Positions 61,721 to 64,000 of a stretch of DNA of 64,000 nucleotides are shown here, piece after piece. Origin of the DNA: an uncultured delta proteobacterium (lineage in GTDB: Bacteria > Desulfobacterota > Binatia > JACPRU01); NCBI GenBank assembly GCA_963745025.1, contig CAVUWD010000014.1:1-64000 (forward strand), read 5' to 3'. Positions within the stretch are counted from its first letter, which is position 1. Each line of letters begins with the position of its first letter. The translations under genes were made by a program, and so were the position numbers. The notes below the pieces were generated by a model. The model was not told the DNA's origin and did not search any database. It saw nothing but the letters and a program-made list of their open reading frames with translations.

Positions 61721-63159
61721 TAAACCTGCCCGGCAGCCTGAGGGAAGCGCTGCTCGGCCGCGTATGCGCCGAGCACGAGCCCACGTATCTCCTGCTCGAT
61801 TCCAGCTACCGAGTCGCCCGGGTGGGCGCCGACATGGAGCGTTACGGCCTGAACGAGCTCCGGATCGGCGAACCCGCCAACACGCAGGTGCGGTTCCTCG
61901 AAGGCCTGCTTCCGCCACGAGACCTGCCGTTCACACTACCTGCCGTGGAGATGCCCTCCGGTCGCGTCGCCGACGTGCTGCTGCACGGCGACGTCGACGG
62001 CCTCTGGGTGGTCCTCTTGGACGTGACCGGCGAAATCGAACAGGCCAGGCTCTTACAGCAAAAGGCATACGACATCATGCTGCGGAGCGAGCGCGCGGCG
62101 CGGCGCGGAGAAGCCTGGCCCGCCGCAGCTACCGATTATCTCAATCGGCTGCTGCAAGAGCAATTTCGCCCGGCCTTTCTGCAAGTCGATGTGGACGGCA
62201 ACGTGATGGCGGCTGGCGGCGCGCTCGAGCTGTACGGACTTTCGGTGGTCCAGGTGGGCGCGTCCATCGTTGACTACCTGCCCCTCCTGATGGGCCTCTT
62301 GCCGCTGCAAGCGCCGGGCGATCCGTTCGTAATCCCCTGGGTCAACATCGACGGCGGCGGCTATATGGATGTCCACCTCGTTCCCGGCGACGGCTCCGAC
62401 TTCGTAATCTGCGTCGAGGCCCTCGTCGAAAGGCAGGAGCGCGTGGCATGGCAGCAGAAGGGAAACGAGCTCGCCCTGACCAAGCACAAGCAGGCGCAGC
62501 TGCTCGAATCTCACGTGGGAAAGTACGTTGCCGAAGAGCTGCTGCGGGGTGGTTTGGTGCCGGACGAGGAAGGCGAGCGGTGCGAGGCCTCGCTTCTCTT
62601 CTGTGACATTCGCGGTTTTACCACCTTCGCCGAGCGGCAGCCACCGCAGGTGGTCTTCCAGACGCTGAATCAGCTTCTCCAGGCCATGGTTCAGCCCATC
62701 CTCGATCACGGTGGCTGGCTCGACAAGATGGCCGGAGACGCCGTGTTTGGCGCGTTCGGTCTCATTCCCTACCAGCGACCTGACGGAGACGAACTGAAGA
62801 CCACAGCGCCGATTCGCGCGCTGCTCGCCGCGCAGGCCATCATGCGCGGGCTGCGCGACTGGAACGACGAGCGGCGGCGTAGCGGAGCCGAGGCGCTGCA
62901 CGCCGGAATCGGGATCAGCACTGGAGCAGTCGCGGTCGGAGTTCTTGGCACGCGTGAGCGGCGGCAGTTCACGATCATCGGCCACCACGTCAACCTCGCG
63001 GCGCGGCTGCAGACACAGGCGCTGGCCGGCGAGATCATCATTGATACGTCGACCCACGAGGCGCTTGGCGAGCTCGCGCAGGGCTTTAAGCCGCGACCGC
63101 TTCGTCTCAAAGGCCTGCAGGACCTCGTGACTGCCTACGTACTCGCCGCGGATTTGTAG
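61717..63159 (+). CDS. Class III adenylate cyclase with two N-terminal PAS-like repeats
   Basis: FCDIRGFT, DKMAGDAV, GIGISTG, FTIIGHHVNLAARL; GTGA overlap with the GTPase stop. Confidence 0.92.
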   Translation: MINLPGSLREALLGRVCAEHEPTYLLLDSSYRVARVGADMERYGLNELRIGEPANTQVRFLEGLLPPRDLPFTLPAVEMPSGRVADVLLHGDVDGLWVVLLDVTGEIEQARLLQQKAYDIMLRSERAARRGEAWPAAATDYLNRLLQEQFRPAFLQVDVDGNVMAAGGALELYGLSVVQVGASIVDYLPLLMGLLPLQAPGDPFVIPWVNIDGGGYMDVHLVPGDGSDFVICVEALVERQERVAWQQKGNELALTKHKQAQLLESHVGKYVAEELLRGGLVPDEEGERCEASLLFCDIRGFTTFAERQPPQVVFQTLNQLLQAMVQPILDHGGWLDKMAGDAVFGAFGLIPYQRPDGDELKTTAPIRALLAAQAIMRGLRDWNDERRRSGAEALHAGIGISTGAVAVGVLGTRERRQFTIIGHHVNLAARLQTQALAGEIIIDTSTHEALGELAQGFKPRPLRLKGLQDLVTAYVLAADL

Positions 63160-63401
63160 ACGCCGCTTCGCCGACGTTGCTGTACAGTGGGCGATGCGAC
63201 AGCGTGATCGGCATCCCCGAATCGACTTCCTCGATCGCGCGCGGCGGTTGAAAACGGCTACCTGCAGCTAAGCGAGCAGGGCCTTCGCGAGGCGGCCGAG
63301 AGAGTAGCTAGCGCCTCTGTTGGTAGCGTCGGGCAAAACGGCCGATGTAGTGCCACCCCTAAGAGATCCTCGGCGGGCGACGTACCCCGGAACTACGTGA
63401 G

Positions 63402-63486
63402 TGCCGGAAGGGGGGACTCGAACCCCCACGGCCTTGCGACCACCGGATTTTGAGTCCGGCGCGTCTACCAGTTCCGCCATTCCGGC
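63402..63486 (-). tRNA. tRNA-Leu(CAA)
   Basis: Reverse complement GCCGGAATGGCGGAACTGGTAGACGCGCCGGACTCAAAATCCGGTGGTCGCAAGGCCGTGGGGGTTCGAGTCCCC...TTCCGGCA; long variable arm. Confidence 0.97.
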
Positions 63487-63619
63487 CTAGTTTGCGGGTA
63501 TCAGCGAAGCTCTTGAGATTCAAGGTGATTCTTGCCGGGGTACGCGGCACATTGCGGTGCTACAGCGCGGATTTCGTGACGTTCATCCCCTCAACTCGGG
63601 CTTTTGCCCCCTTATCTCG

Positions 63620-63745
63620 GGCGGCAGCTACCTGCGCTGCGGCATTCCGCAGATCATCCTCGTTCTTGATGTCGTAGCGGTCGAACATCTAGTGCGTCCT
63701 CCATCCGCAGATCTGCATCACGATCCCTTCTGGCACGCCGCGCCG
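63620..63745 (-). pseudogene. Second tyrosine integrase C-terminal remnant
   Basis: RGVPEGIVMQICGWRTH*MFDRYDIKNEDDLRNAAAQ. Confidence 0.72.
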
Positions 63746-64000
63746 CCATCTCATTCTGCCTCGTCGCCGGGGCTGCTCCTTCCGCTCGTCGCGAGTCAAT
63801 GTAGAGATCCATCCGCGGGTCCGTCACGGCACACCGGCATCGCCGTCAAAGCGGGACAGGAGATGGGGAAGTGCCGCGTCCGAGATCGACCGTTACGTAG
63901 CGTTTCGGCCCTTGTAGCCGCTAACCTAACCGCGACCTAGCACCTCCACCGCCTCACCGGCACGTCGAGCAACCGGCACTCCTTTTCAGCAACGGCTTCT

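Larger units (their letters stand above)
58053..63454. mobile_element. 5.4-kb genomic island integrated in tRNA-Leu; no intact integrase
   Basis: Direct repeat of the tRNA 3' end at 58053-58108 and 63398-63454. Confidence 0.88.

Overview
High-GC bacterial DNA. The small PEKRLMLAVL-type protein and the lipid/aromatic catabolic gene content suggest Candidatus Binatia or a related deltaproteobacterium (inference). The window has three zones. (1) 1-21.4 kb is a decayed accessory region off the 3' end of tRNA-Thr(CGT). It holds two oppositely oriented FAH/VOC/FAD-monooxygenase catabolic modules, a duplicated 540-bp sigma54-promoter/STAS cassette, SulP, a PAS-GGDEF protein and many short fused gene fragments. 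(2) 21.7-52.7 kb is mostly intact core-like genes: CoA metabolism, two hybrid histidine kinases, a solo DGQHR protein, a glutaminase-STAS-cNMP protein, and a four-subunit class I benzoyl-CoA-reductase-like set split into two convergent halves. (3) 53-64 kb is an integration hotspot at tRNA-Leu(CAA). A 5.4-kb integrase-less island, bounded by a 56-bp tRNA 3'-end duplication, carries only a four-gene operon: coiled-coil protein, membrane OmpA-domain protein, Rab-like small GTPase and tandem-PAS class III adenylate cyclase. This operon is the best candidate for an uncharacterised system. Several single-base frameshifts may be sequencing errors. All product calls come from motif recognition by eye, not database searches.
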